Shown here: piece by piece, positions 25,708 to 39,749 of the stretch
Layout: every line of letters begins with the position of its first letter
Position numbering within the stretch: position 1 is the first letter of the stretch
Assembly (NCBI RefSeq): GCF_006345805.1
Contig: NC_043000.1
Span: forward strand, 75,826,001-75,890,000
Length of the DNA: 64,000 bases
From: Octopus sinensis
Lineage: Eukaryota
Direction of reading: 5' to 3'
Made by a program: the position numbers and the translations under genes
Notes under the pieces: generated by a model
What the model was told of the DNA's origin: nothing
Seen by the model: the letters and a program-made list of their open reading frames with translations, nothing else
The model's database searches: none

Positions 25708-26873
25708 GAAATGTATGGAAATGTGTAAAAACTTTTTTCTGTAAGTATGAGATCATGGAAAACCACACTGACTTTGAACAGCGATTGAATCTCTAAATGC
25801 TGGAGATGTAAAAATTTCATGTAGCATTTCCCAGGGTGACTCACTATCACCACTCCTCTTTTGTCTAGCCTTAATACCTCTCTCAAAATTGCTCAATGAT
25901 TCACAGTACGGTTATAAAATGTTTGATAAAAGTATAAATCATCTCATTTACATGGATGATTTAAAGCTCTTTGCAAAAAATGACCAACAAGTCAAGGGCT
26001 TAATAGCGATAGTTAAACAATTCAGTGATGATATCAGGATGCAATTTGGCCTTGATAAATGAGCAAAAGCTACCTTTATCAAAGGAAAAATGACAGAAAC
26101 ATCTAACGTTAACCTTGACCAGCAGAATGTCATGAAAGAGTTAGAACCAGCGGAGAATAACAAATACCTAGGGGTACTTGAAGGGAACAGAATCAGGCAT
26201 TCAGTGATGAGGGAAAGGATCAGAAGAGAATGTTATCACAATACTCAAAACAGAGCTGAATGCAATAAACAGGATCGGAGTGATCAATGCTTTAGCCATA
26301 CCTGTCGTGACTTACAGTTTCAATATCGTTAACTGGTCAATTACTGAAATATATAATCTTGACAGAAAAATACGAAGCCTGTTGACAATGCATAGAATGC
26401 ACCACCCTAAGGTAGATGTAGAATGACTTTATCTGCCAAGAAAAGTGGGAGGCCGTGGATTTTTACAACTGGCATTAACAATGAAGATTGCCACAATTGA
26501 CCTAGACACCTAACTGAAAAACTCTGAGGACTGGATGCAAAAACTTGTTTCAAAACATGAAAACAAGAAAACATCATACTCAGTAACAAAACGGGCAAAG
26601 GAATATCTAAGTGAATTCCAAATACAGCAAATTCCGGAATTAGACATACTAGAAACAAGCGTAGAAAAACTAAGCGCATGAAAACCCGTGCTAAAACTGC
26701 TGCCTTAGATATCCTGACTGATAAATGGCAAGAAAACCTCTCAATGGCAAATACCCAAAAAGAGCGAATAATGCCGATGTTGACAAAGCCATTACCTATC
26801 AATGAATAATAGCCTCTGGCTTAAAATCTGAAGCAGAAGGATTTATCATAACACCCCAAGATCAATGCCTACC

Positions 26874-27134
26874 TGTGGGATGACGTCAGCAGCTGGGGAG
26901 CTGACCGGAAGGGGCAGCAGTGACGCGCGCGCAGCAAGGGCAGGATTCCGCCTTTTCGGGGCAGGTCGCCGAGCGGGTAAGACGGCGTCAGCACGTTGTT
27001 AAGGTTTGGAGAAGCAGCTGCTATTTCTAGCATTCGGGTCGGGCTGTGTTGAAGGATCCATTACCGCTGAAGGGTCTCCGTCTGAGCGAAGAGAAGGTAG
27101 GTGCCTTTATTTCGAATCTCTCGCATACACCACA
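26874..27134 (+). repeat. 5' LTR (261 bp, TG...CA)
   Basis: Direct repeat of 29395-29672; preceded by CTACC (26869-26873). Confidence 0.93.
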
Positions 27135-27146
27135 AGCTATTTCGGC
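27135..27146 (+). promoter_or_regulatory. Putative primer-binding site complementary to tRNA-Phe nt 1-12
   Basis: AGCTATTTCGGC abuts the LTR; its reverse complement GCCGAAATAGCT is the 5' end of insect/vertebrate tRNA-Phe(GAA) (recalled sequence). Confidence 0.7.
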
Positions 27147-27169
27147 ACTCCATATAAGACGTCACCACG

Positions 27170-27935
27170 ATGGCAGCGAAAATCAGGATCGCCAGCGACA
27201 TCATCAGACCCTTTAATGGTGAAGGCGATGTAGAGGCCTGGATGCGTAAAATCAGGCTGGTGGCAAGACTGCAAGGTATAAGCGATGTGGAAAGTCTTAT
27301 GGCGCTGTATTTGGAAGGGAGCGCGTTGACGCTATATCTTGAGATGGACGAGAAAGAACGACTGAGCGAGGAAAAGATAGAGCAACGTCTGAGGGATGCC
27401 TACACAGAGTGTGAATACACATCTTTTTCTAAGCTGGGTACGATTAGATGGACGGGAGGACAGGCGGACGAACACACGGCAGAAGTTCGAAGGTTAGCGA
27501 CGCTGGCTGGGTTTACAGGAGAAGGGCTGGAGAGAGCAGCGCGTCTGGCGTTCGTAAATGGGTTCCCCGACGATGTAGGGATTCACCTACAACGATTGCC
27601 CGGGATTAAAAAGATGGCGCTGAGCGAACTTGTGACTCAGGACAGCATGTAGACGCAACACTCTTGGGCGGAAGGCGATAGCGATGGCGGTGACGGAGGT
27701 ACGTAAAGACGGACGACGACCGGAGAAAGAGGTGCAGAAGCCTACCATGCAACGACAGCGGCCGTTCTCAGGTCGGTGTTTTAGATGTCAGGGACCGCAC
27801 ATGGCGCGGGAGTGTACGCAACCGGGGCCCGTTTGCTATCGATGCAGGCAGACAGGACACATCGCCCGTGATTGCGATCAGGGAAACGACCGCGGGGAAG
27901 TTGCTGCCTCTCGAACTTTCCCCGCAAATGAGTAG
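27170..27935 (+). pseudogene. Ty3/Gypsy-like gag (broken) with two zinc knuckles
   Basis: IRPFNGEGDVEAW; CFRCQGPHMAREC and CYRCRQTGHIARDC; stop/frameshift near 27650. Confidence 0.85.
27881..27925 (+). promoter_or_regulatory. Candidate -1 ribosomal frameshift signal
   Basis: G GGA AAC in gag phase followed by hairpin GCGGGGAAGTT/AACTTTCCCCGC; pol lies in the -1 frame. Confidence 0.6.
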
Positions 27936-29319
27936 AGGCGCTATTGGAGACGCTGCCATTAATTGACGTGGAGGCCGAGGGGAAGACGTTCAAGGCCCTC
28001 GTGGATACGGGCTGCACGACCACCCTTGTGACTTCAAGGGTGACGAAGAAATGGAACGGGGCAAGTAGCGTCCGGGCGGTCGACGGCAGCGAAATCCGTT
28101 GCAGAGGCAGCAGTAAGGTAGAGATAGTGGTGCGCGGGGCGACGCTAAGGCTGGAGGTAATTGTGGCTGAACGCGTGATAGATGGGGTTGATGTGGTGAT
28201 GGGGATGGACGCCATCAACCGCCTCGGTGGCGTCAGCATTGTCGGAGATGAGGTCACGTTCGGAAGCGCGTGGGCGTCGTGCACTGCGAGTCAGGATCGC
28301 CAGAGAGAGCAGAGCCCCGCGAGGGACTGCGCCGCTTACACCATCGAGGGCAAAGATTTTCAGGCGGCGTTCGATTTTCAGCGGTAGACGATAGAGTGGC
28401 GATGGAAGTACGAGCCTCCGATGCTGAAAAACAGAGTGAGCTGTTACCAGCATACCCTGAAAGGCCACGCCAGGGTCGAGTTTGAACATGAGGTGGAGAG
28501 GTGGGTCGAGGAAGGAGTCCTTGTCCCTTGGGAGGAGGTAGCGGGCGGAGTGCTATCCCTGATGGCGGTGGTGCAGCCTACGAAGGGAAAAGTCAAACCG
28601 GTGCTGGACTTCAGGGAGCTAAACCAGCATATATCGTGTCATACGGGAGGTGAGGCGACGGACGTTTGTGACGAGACGTTACGTGCGTGGAGACAGTCGA
28701 CCAAGGTAGCGACGATTGTCGACTTGAAATCGGCGTACTTGCAGCTCCATGTGAGCGACAAACTGTGGCGATATCAGCTGGTGCGGTACAAAGGCCGGAC
28801 GTACTGTTTAACCAGGCTGGGTTTCGGGCTGAATTCCGCTCCGAAGATCATGGCGGCAGTGCTTAAGTCCGTCCTAGGGAAAGACGGCAAGATTAGAAAG
28901 GTCACCATTGACGACATTTTGGTGGACGAAACTGTAGTGCCAGCCAACGAGATAATTAGACATCTGGAGAAGTTCGGACTAATTGCGAAGCCACCGGAGT
29001 CGATGGAAGGGGGAGCCGCGCTGGGGCTGTAGCTGCGAAGAGATAGATCGGGTGAGTTGGTGTTCCGGAGAGGGAATGAAATCCCAGAGCTGAGTTCCAG
29101 CGTCAGCAGGAGAGAGCTGTTCTCGGTGTGTGGGAAGTTAGTCGGTGACGGCGGTCAATTCCAGAAACAACGTCTCTGTGGATGGAATGCCGCGACACGT
29201 CTTGGACCTTCGCAGGATTGTCGTTTCGACGGACGATGATTGTGGATAGGGGGAGAACGAGGTGCCCAGCTTGAGAAGATCTCGACGCGCAAGGCGCCCT
29301 CCCGGTTGGATGGTGGACT
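27932..29319 (+). pseudogene. pol remnant: aspartic protease and RT; RNase H/integrase mostly deleted
   Basis: ALVDTGC (PR); PVLDFRELN, DLKSAYLQ, FGLNSAP, IDDILV (RT); in-frame TAGs at 28385 and 29030; pol C-terminal-like LRRSRRARRPPGW near 29270-29315. Confidence 0.88.
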
Positions 29320-29394
29320 TCAATGAATGATGGCCACTGGCTTAAAATCTGAAGCAGAAGGATTTATCATAACACCCCAAGATCAATGCCTACC

Positions 29395-29672
29395 TGTGGG
29401 ATGACGTCAGCAGCTGGGGAGCTGACCGGAACTTGGGGCTAACCGGAAGGGGCAGCAGTGACGCGCGCGCAGCGAGGGCAGGATTCCGCCTTTTCGAGGC
29501 AGGTCGCCGAGCGGGTAAGACGGCGTCAGCACGTTGTTAAGGTTTGGAGAAGCAGCTGCTATTTCTAGCGTTCGGGTCGGGCTGTGTTGAAGGATCCATT
29601 ACCGTTGAAGGGTCTCCGCCTGAGCGAAGAGTAGGTAGGTGCCTTTATTTCGAATCTCTCGCATACACCACA
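29395..29672 (+). repeat. 3' LTR (278 bp)
   Basis: Differs from the 5' LTR by 6 substitutions and a 17-bp insertion (by eye); followed by TSD CTACC (29673-29677). Confidence 0.93.
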
Positions 29673-30466
29673 CTACCTACAAGGAACTACCAGGCCAACA
29701 TATTAAAGAACGGCAGTAGCCCAACATGTCGTGTATGTCAACAACAAAATAAAACCATTGATCATTTTTTTCCATATGCAGTCTTCTTGCGCCTAGAGAA
29801 TATCACAACAGGCATGATAGAGCTGCGCAATATATTCACTGCGTAATTTGCAAAAGCCTGGACTTGGCCCATGATAAAAACTGGTGGGAACAGAAACCAC
29901 CTCCAGTGCTTGAAAATGATTACATCTCATTCCTCTGGAACTTCACATTCAAACTGGCAGAAAGATAGATGCAAATAGGCCAGAATCATATTGAAACACT
30001 TCAGACAAAAACCATGCTTCCTCATTTATATGACTGTCCCAATCGATATAAACGTATCTGTCAAGACCTACCAAAAATCTGAGCAAATATAAAGATCTTA
30101 AAATAGAAATTAGCAAAATGTGGAACCTGAAGACTAAAACAATACTTGATGTCATAGATGTCCTGGGAATGATAGCAAAAGGGGCTGATTGCTAACTAGC
30201 TCAGATACCAGGAAACCCCAAAATGGCAGAAATCCAAAAGATGGTACTCATGGGAACTGTCCACATCCTACGCACAATACTTTCCATGTAATATCAAATT
30301 TTAAAACAAACACAATTTTCTTATGGTGTCTCTAGAACAACACTATGTACAAAACCAAATATATGGCACCCTATGCACAACACCAACATGAACTTCCATC
30401 TTGTCTCTTGAGGTCTCTGGGTGAAACTTGGAGCCAACTTGTACAAATGTAAAGCAAAAGTCAAAC

Positions 30467-30534
<68 letters not shown>

Positions 30535-30548
30535 TAATAATAATAATA

Positions 30549-31050
30549 GTGATTTCATTTATTTGTCACAAGGGCGAAGGATGAGAGAGTCAATACAAAG
30601 ACAGACATAAAGTGTGGGAGTTTATATATGAAATGACAAAAAAAAAAGGAAAGAAAGGAAGTAAGTATACATGGTATACACTGAAAAAGAAGAGACATAT
30701 GCATATCATAAAAAAAGTTTTAAAAAATAGTGGCGGGAAGGATGATAGAGATGTGATCCTCCTGACACTGGAAGGCCTATAGAGATAATCGAGGAACTCT
30801 ACTGTCCGAAATTTCTCTGAAACCCCAAGAGCAAGTGTCCTCTCCAATTCCTTCTCTTCGACTCACAGGTCTACACTTAGAGAGGTACCATCCGCTCTTG
30901 CCATTTTCACAACTTTCATCCAACTTTTAGTAAACTCACTGCTCTCTCCACTTTCAATTTCCTTTTTAAGTGATGAGAGGTCAACCAAAGAGGAATGTAT
31001 CTGTCCTTATGCCTTGTTCACCAAACAACCCCTTTCGCCACAGCCACCGA
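30549..31050 (-). mobile_element. Tx1-clade LINE 3' fragment inside an (AAT)n array
   Basis: SVAVAKGVVW..HLKRKLKVER matches the ORF2 C-terminus AMAKEVVW..HMKRKIRLEK; AATAAA then (TTA)n. Confidence 0.75.
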
Positions 31051-31076
31051 TAATAATAATAATAATAATAATAATG

Positions 31077-31115
<39 letters not shown>

Positions 31116-31116
31116 T

Positions 31117-31648
31117 TTGCCCTGATGTAGTACCACACAATGGCTCTCATGACTTCTGATCTTTACTGATTGGAAGTGTTATCTTGTACATTGTTTTGCC
31201 TTGCAAATATTCTGCTCAATACCACAGATTTGTTTGTCAATTGTTTGACCATAACCAGTTGAGCATGTCCCTTAGTGGCTGACGATATGTGCATCTCTGA
31301 TCATGAGCAGAAGTAGTGGGGGAGCATCATAGCCGTGTGTTGAAAGGAATTCTTAGAGGTTTGGATAATACACCTTTGGAAACATGGGTGTTTTGTTCAA
31401 CATCCTTAAACAATCCTCATTCAGAGACCTTTGAGCGGGATGGGCTACTCAACCTGAAGAAAATTCTAACTGGGCCCCACCTGCAAGGTCATGCGCTGTT
31501 TATCTTGATATGAGATCAAGTCACGCACATATGGTTGTGATGCATGTGCCTGGTGTACCCTATTCAGACGGGTAGTTATGATGGGTATACTGGGCTTCGA
31601 ATATTTTACCCGAGTGTCACTTTGATGGCATGCACTGATCTCTCACGC
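31117..31648 (+). repeat. 556-bp element, copy 2
   Basis: Homologous to 34701-35256 with small deletions; (AAT)n flanks. Confidence 0.9.
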
Positions 31649-31669
31649 AATAATAATATTAATAATAAT

Positions 31670-32602
31670 TGCTTTCTTTGCAACGAGGCGCTGTTATTAA
31701 CTTTATTATTGGAAGTAAGGACAGGCTTGTATAGGATGAAAGATTGCAAAGATAAAACACTGTACAAGAATTTGAGAATGAATGAAACTGAAAATAGGTG
31801 GATAAAGAAAAGAATGCATGGGCAATTTTATAGGGATGTTGAAGATAAGACAGACAGAAAAAAAGATGGCTACGAATGATTTAAAACCGGAAACGGAGGT
31901 TTTAATCTGAGCTGCCCTAGAACAAGCATTAAGAACGAATTACATCAAATATAGAATAGACAACACATCAGAAAGTGATAATTGCAGAATTTTTGGACAA
32001 AATGGTGAAACCGTATGGCATATTACCAGTCAGTGCATGCCACTAGCTCGAGACATCTTGACAATATAGCAAGGATTGTCCATTGCACACTTCGCAACAA
32101 GTATGGACCTGATAGAGCAAAAGAGTGGTACGATCTTAAACCCGAAGGCATCATCGAAAATGATAATGTAATGATCGATGGGATTTTATGATTCAGTGCG
32201 ACCATAAGATAGAGAATAGGAAACAAGGCATTGTTTTAATTGAGAAAGAAATCAAACGATGCTGGGTCATAGATATAGTATGCTATATCTATATGCGATA
32301 AGAAAGATATGCGATACTGAAGAAAGAAAAGTCGAGAGATATAACAGGTTAGCTTGTGGTCACTGAAAAACGTGGTAGTAGTACCAATAATTGTCGGAGC
32401 CCTGGATTTGTGAGTAAAAATCTTGAGAAGTGCGTGGAACAAATAGGGGCTGGAATAAGCGTGGAGCACTTGCAGAAAACAGCACTGCTTGGACCGCTCG
32501 AATATTCCGGAAGGTGCTGGAAAAATAAGGGGTGTTACCTTAGTTCACTTGTGAACAGCTGATACTGTAGTACATCTGCAGCATTAGAAGCTGTGCAAAG
32601 GC
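31670..32602 (+). mobile_element. R4/Dong family C 3' fragment
   Basis: MHGQFYRD, ALRTNYIK, KTALLG; homologous to 23565-24131. Confidence 0.85.
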
Positions 32603-32618
32603 AATAATAATAATAATG

Positions 32619-32715
<97 letters not shown>

Positions 32716-32767
32716 TAATAATAATAATAATAATAATAATGATAATAACAACAACAACAACAACAAC

Positions 32768-32835
<68 letters not shown>
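32603..32835. repeat. Long (AAT)n microsatellite
   Basis: Direct inspection. Confidence 0.95.
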
Positions 32836-32836
<1 letters not shown>

Positions 32837-33478
32837 TGGGTAATTTGCAAAAGCCTGTACTTACCCCATGATAAAAACTGGTGGGAACAGAAACCACCCC
32901 CAGTGCTAGAAAATGATCACATCTCACTCCTCTGGAACTTCACCATTCAAACTGATAGAAAGATAGATGCGAATAGGCCAGAATCATATTGAAACACTTC
33001 AGACAAAAATCATGCCTCTTCATTGATATGACTGTCCCAATCGATATAAACGTATCTGTCAAGACCTACCAAAAATCTGAGCAAATATAAAGATCTTAAA
33101 ATAGAAATCAGCAAAATGTGAAACCTGAAGTCTAAAACAATACTTGTTGTCATAGGTGCTCTGAAAATGATAGCAAAAGGGGCTGATTGCTACCTGACTC
33201 AGATACCAGGAAACCCCAAAATGGTAGAAATTCAAAAGATAGTACTCATGGGAACTGCCCATATCCTACGCACAATACTTTCCATGTAATTTCAAGTTTT
33301 AAAACAAACACAATATTCTTATGTTTTTTAAAAACATTCACTAGTACAGCACTAAATACAAAACCAAATATATGGCACGCTATGCACAACACCAACATGA
33401 ACTTCCATCTTGTCTCTTGAGGTCTCTGGGTGAAACTTGGAGCAAACTTGTACAAATGTAAAGCAAAAGTCAAACATA
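32836..33478 (+). mobile_element. R4/Dong family E 3' fragment
   Basis: Close match to 29845-30468. Confidence 0.9.
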
Positions 33479-33741
<263 letters not shown>

Positions 33742-34622
33742 AAAAAATAGAAAAAAGAGAAGAGATCTGTGGATTCTTAACTAAATTTGTAGACAATCGA
33801 CACTACTAAGTAACAAGAAGAAAACAAAAATACTGTGCAAATACAACATCACAGAAAAAGATTTACCCGAGATAAAAGAAAAGCTAAAGCAAGATATCCT
33901 TGCCAAAGCACAAAGGATCCGCTAGTATGAGAAACGCCAACGTTTCTTTGAACAAAACAAACAGTTCAACTCCAACCCCCAAAAATTCTACCAAGAACTT
34001 GGCAAAAATAAAACAGACATCACTGCAGCACCAACGGCAGAAGTGGAAGAATTTTGGAAAGAAATATGGTCGGCGAATGAACATCCTCAGAAAAAGATTA
34101 TTAAAACAACGAACTTAGCACCTGGGCAACTCTGGACCCCTATAACAACTGAAGAGGTCACCCAGGCACTGCAAAGACTAAGCAAATGGAAGGCACCTGG
34201 GCACGACAAGATCCCAAACTTCTGGTTAAAATATCTGACAGGAATACACAAAAAGCTGGCTGAAAACTTTAACGACATACTAGCAGAGCCAGAGACAATG
34301 CCTGAATGTCTCACGAAAGGGAAAACTATTTTAATTCTCAAATCCAATAAAACGACTACACCACAAAACTACATACCTATAACCTGTCTCCCTACAATGT
34401 ACAAAGCCTTTGCTGCAATAATATCGCAAAGATTGAGCAAGCATCTGGAAGAAAAGAACCTGTTTTCAGAAGAGCATTGCACTACTGGACACTGCACACA
34501 CCCTACGCAAAACATTCTCAATACAGTAACCATAAGAGCATCACAACAAACCACAGCACATACCCAAGGCATACAGAGCTGCGCTCCGTAGTGAAGTGAA
34601 ACACGATATAAAAATAAAACTA

Positions 34623-34625
<3 letters not shown>
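33742..34625 (+). mobile_element. R4/Dong family A middle fragment fused to its 3' tip
   Basis: WKAPGHDKIPNFWLK, YIPITCLPTMYK (RT start), then a jump to IALLG and the 3' UTR at ~34475. Confidence 0.9.
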
Positions 34626-34700
<75 letters not shown>

Positions 34701-34701
<1 letters not shown>

Positions 34702-35256
34702 TGCCCTGATGCAGTACCAGGCAGTGGCTCTCATGGCTTCTGATCTTAACTGATTGGAAGTGTTATCATGTACATTGTTTTGTCTTGGTATAAAAGATGG
34801 GCTACAGCAAATATTCTGCTCAATACCACAGATTTGCTCGTCAGTTGTTTGACCTTAACCAGTTGAGCCTGTCCCTTGGTGGCTGACGATATGTGCATCT
34901 CTGATCACGAGCAGAAGTAGTGGGGGAGCATCATAGCCATGCGTTGAGAGGGATTCTTTGGGGTTTGAATAATTCACCTCTAGAAACATGGGTGGTTCTT
35001 TCAACATCCTTAAACAACCCTTATTCAGGGACCTTTTGAGCGGGATGGGCTACTCAACCTGAAGAAAATTCTAACTGGGCCCCACCTGCAAGGTCATGAG
35101 CTGTTTATCTTGATATGAGATCACCATGTCGCGCACATATGGTTGTGATGCATGTGCCTGGTGTACCTTTATCAGACGGGTAGTCATGATGGGTATACTG
35201 GGCTTCGTATATTTTACCCCAGTGTCACTTTGATGGCATGCACTGCTCTCTCACTC
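34701..35256 (+). repeat. 556-bp element, copy 3
   Basis: Nearly identical to 43601-44156. Confidence 0.95.
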
Positions 35257-35282
35257 AATAATAATAATAATAATAATAATAA

Positions 35283-37112
<1,830 letters not shown>

Positions 37113-37140
37113 AAGAAGAAGAAGAAGAAGAAGAAGAAGA

Positions 37141-38884
37141 ACACCGGGGGACGTTTAACATGTGAGAGCGATGAAACAGTGCTCCGAAATCTATCCACAA
37201 ACATCGGAAACAAAGACATTGCATGGAGCCAAAAAATAACTGACAAAGGATTGGACTATATCCGAGTAAGTAATACTCATTGAAATTTATTGCTATTTTC
37301 CAAACGAAATTATGTATTTTAACTCGATATCATCTCCAACCATGTAAACATGCTTGATACATTACTATCCATCAACAACAGATCATCTCCGGCCCCAAAC
37401 ACCATGTACAAAAAAACTACGAATAAATTAAATAATACCGGTATTATTCAACCCAAGAATAACAAATTTGTAACACAAAAAGTACGAAAAACTACACGTG
37501 CAAAACAATGTGACAACAGAAATGAACGGACCGGTACCCTACGAAAATGACGACCATCAAAATAATGGGCCGGACGTTGTTCCTCATGTCCCACAAATAA
37601 AACCAAAAAGGCATAAATGGACACGTGAGGAATACATTTCAATCATACACGCTTACTTTACAGCAGTGCTCTACCCAAAGAACGAAATCACAACAACATA
37701 TACATATAAAATATGGAAGAAAAATAACATAAACAAAGACTTGAATACAGCAATGTACCCTAATAAACTAGCTAACGTACGAAGATATATTCTCAACGCA
37801 AAAAAAAATATCAGAAATAGAAACAGAACATTTAAAAGAAAAAATACATCAGGAAAATGTAGATAGAAGCCACACAACAATGCCAAATAATATAAACACT
37901 GAGATAGTAAAACACGAAGACAAACGTAACATTTCCAACAAAAACGATATAAACAAAAAACAACAAACCCAAACCGTAAGGATGCATAATAATGCACGAC
38001 AAGCAGCAAGCCAAAACACGACAGATAAACATACGAATGAGAAAGAAAGCGACACAAATCTAAAACCTGGATACAACGAAGGGGAGCCTAATGATTATGA
38101 TACTATAAAAAGTAGAATAATCAAAGAACTGAAAAACACAGATCTCAAAATAGATCTCAAAATAGACTACCTCCCAAAAATCAAAATAGACAAAAAAACA
38201 ACATCAATTATAAACAGCATAAACCTAGCCGTCACAGAACTAATAGCCACTGAAACAAATAGCGATATCACTGAGCTAAATGACTTAGTATATGCAGCAG
38301 CCACTGTAGCCACAAAAGAAGCTGGATACTCCCTCAAACCCATCCAAACAGAAGTACCACCACCCAAACAAACCCTGTGGATAAATAACATTAAAAAAAT
38401 ACAAAAAGTGAGAAAAGATCTGTTGATTCTTAATGAAATCAGTAGACAATCAACGCTACTAAGCAACAAAAAGAAAACAAAAATATTGTGCAAATACAAC
38501 ATCACAGAAAAAGATTTACCCGAGATAAAAGAAAAGCTGAAGCAAGATATCCTTGCCAAAGCACAAAGGATCCGCCGGTACAAGAAACGCCAACGCTTCT
38601 TTGAAGAAAACAAAAAGTTCAACTCCAACCCCAAAAAGTTCTACCAAGAACTGGGAAAAAATAAAATAGACATCACTGCAGCACCAACGGCAGAAGAAGT
38701 GGAAGAATTCTGGAAAAAAATATGGTCGGCGAAAGAACAACAAAAAAAAAGGGATATTAAAACAACAAACTCAGCATCTGAGCAACTCTGAACCCCTATA
38801 ACAACTGAAGAGGTCACCCAGGCACTGCAAAGACTAAGCGATTGGAAGGCACCTGCTATCAAACACGATATAAAAATAAAACTA

Positions 38885-38887
<3 letters not shown>
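37141..38887 (+). mobile_element. R4/Dong family A 5' portion joined to its 3' tip
   Basis: N-terminal RHKWTREE..HAY and KLANVRRYIL motifs; overlaps 33742-34200 in sequence; jumps after WKAP to the 3' UTR end. Confidence 0.85.
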
Positions 38888-38970
<83 letters not shown>

Positions 38971-39409
38971 AAGCGCATTGGGTATGACAAAAAACATAAA
39001 AAAGCGCAGAAGCTATACCTGGATCTTTATACTACACGCTATCTAAAAAAAATAGCCATGCTTGGAACAGTTCATATCCCACGCAAGACACCATATATTC
39101 AATAATTGAACGTAAACAAAGCAATCCACAAACACAAGACACAATCTATACAGCAATTATCCAATGACATAAACTGTCACTAGCAAGCAGATTAACGAAG
39201 GTATCACACACTCTCAACACACAATACAAAGAGTAATACAACAAAAGACTGCACCACACCTCAAAATAAAAAAAACCTGACGCAATAAAATACAGGAAGA
39301 GTTTGCACAATCCCAACAACAGAAAAGATCACACAATGCTGCATACTCCCCGACAACATAGAGGAGTAGCAGGTGATGTAGTAGAAATTTGCCTGAAACT
39401 AACAAATGT

Positions 39410-39463
<54 letters not shown>

Positions 39464-39749
39464 TAATAATAATAATAATAATAGACAAGACGAAGAGCGC
39501 GATGCGATTGCAATAGGTATATTATTGGTTGAACAATATGTCGACAGTAAGCCTGTCTTTGTCGAGTTCAAAATAAAAAGTGATAAAAATTCAAACTTAT
39601 AGAAATTCAAATCTAAACTAAGAACGAGAGCAACCAGCGTCCACACGTTGATGGAATGTCATCATCAGTCTCTAAGTTTTAATTTTATAAGTAGCAAAAA
39701 GAAAAAGACAGAAAAAAAGGAAAGAAAAAAAGAAAGGAAAAATAAGAAG

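Larger units (their letters stand above)
25705..30468 (+). mobile_element. R4/Dong-clade family E copy interrupted by the LTR element
   Basis: FPGDSLSPLLFCL, YMDDLKLF; QDQCL|PTRNYQ continues across the LTR insertion; REL region and 3' UTR at 29673-30468 match 32836-33478. Confidence 0.88.

Noticed and set aside
26874-27146. Tf1-style self-priming of the LTR element
   Set aside because: GCCGAAATAGCT is not in the LTR plus strand; the LTR's GCTATTTC is the same sense as the PBS, not complementary.
27006-27233. LTR-encoded ORFs MEKQLLFLAF (also 29544-29846)
   Set aside because: They start at TTG, run from the LTR into unrelated sequence and show no protein motifs.
34701-35030. HDV-like ribozyme at the 5' end of the 556-bp element (CCCTGA/TCAGGG)
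   Set aside because: No P3/L3/P1.1 or J4/2 elements could be placed by eye.
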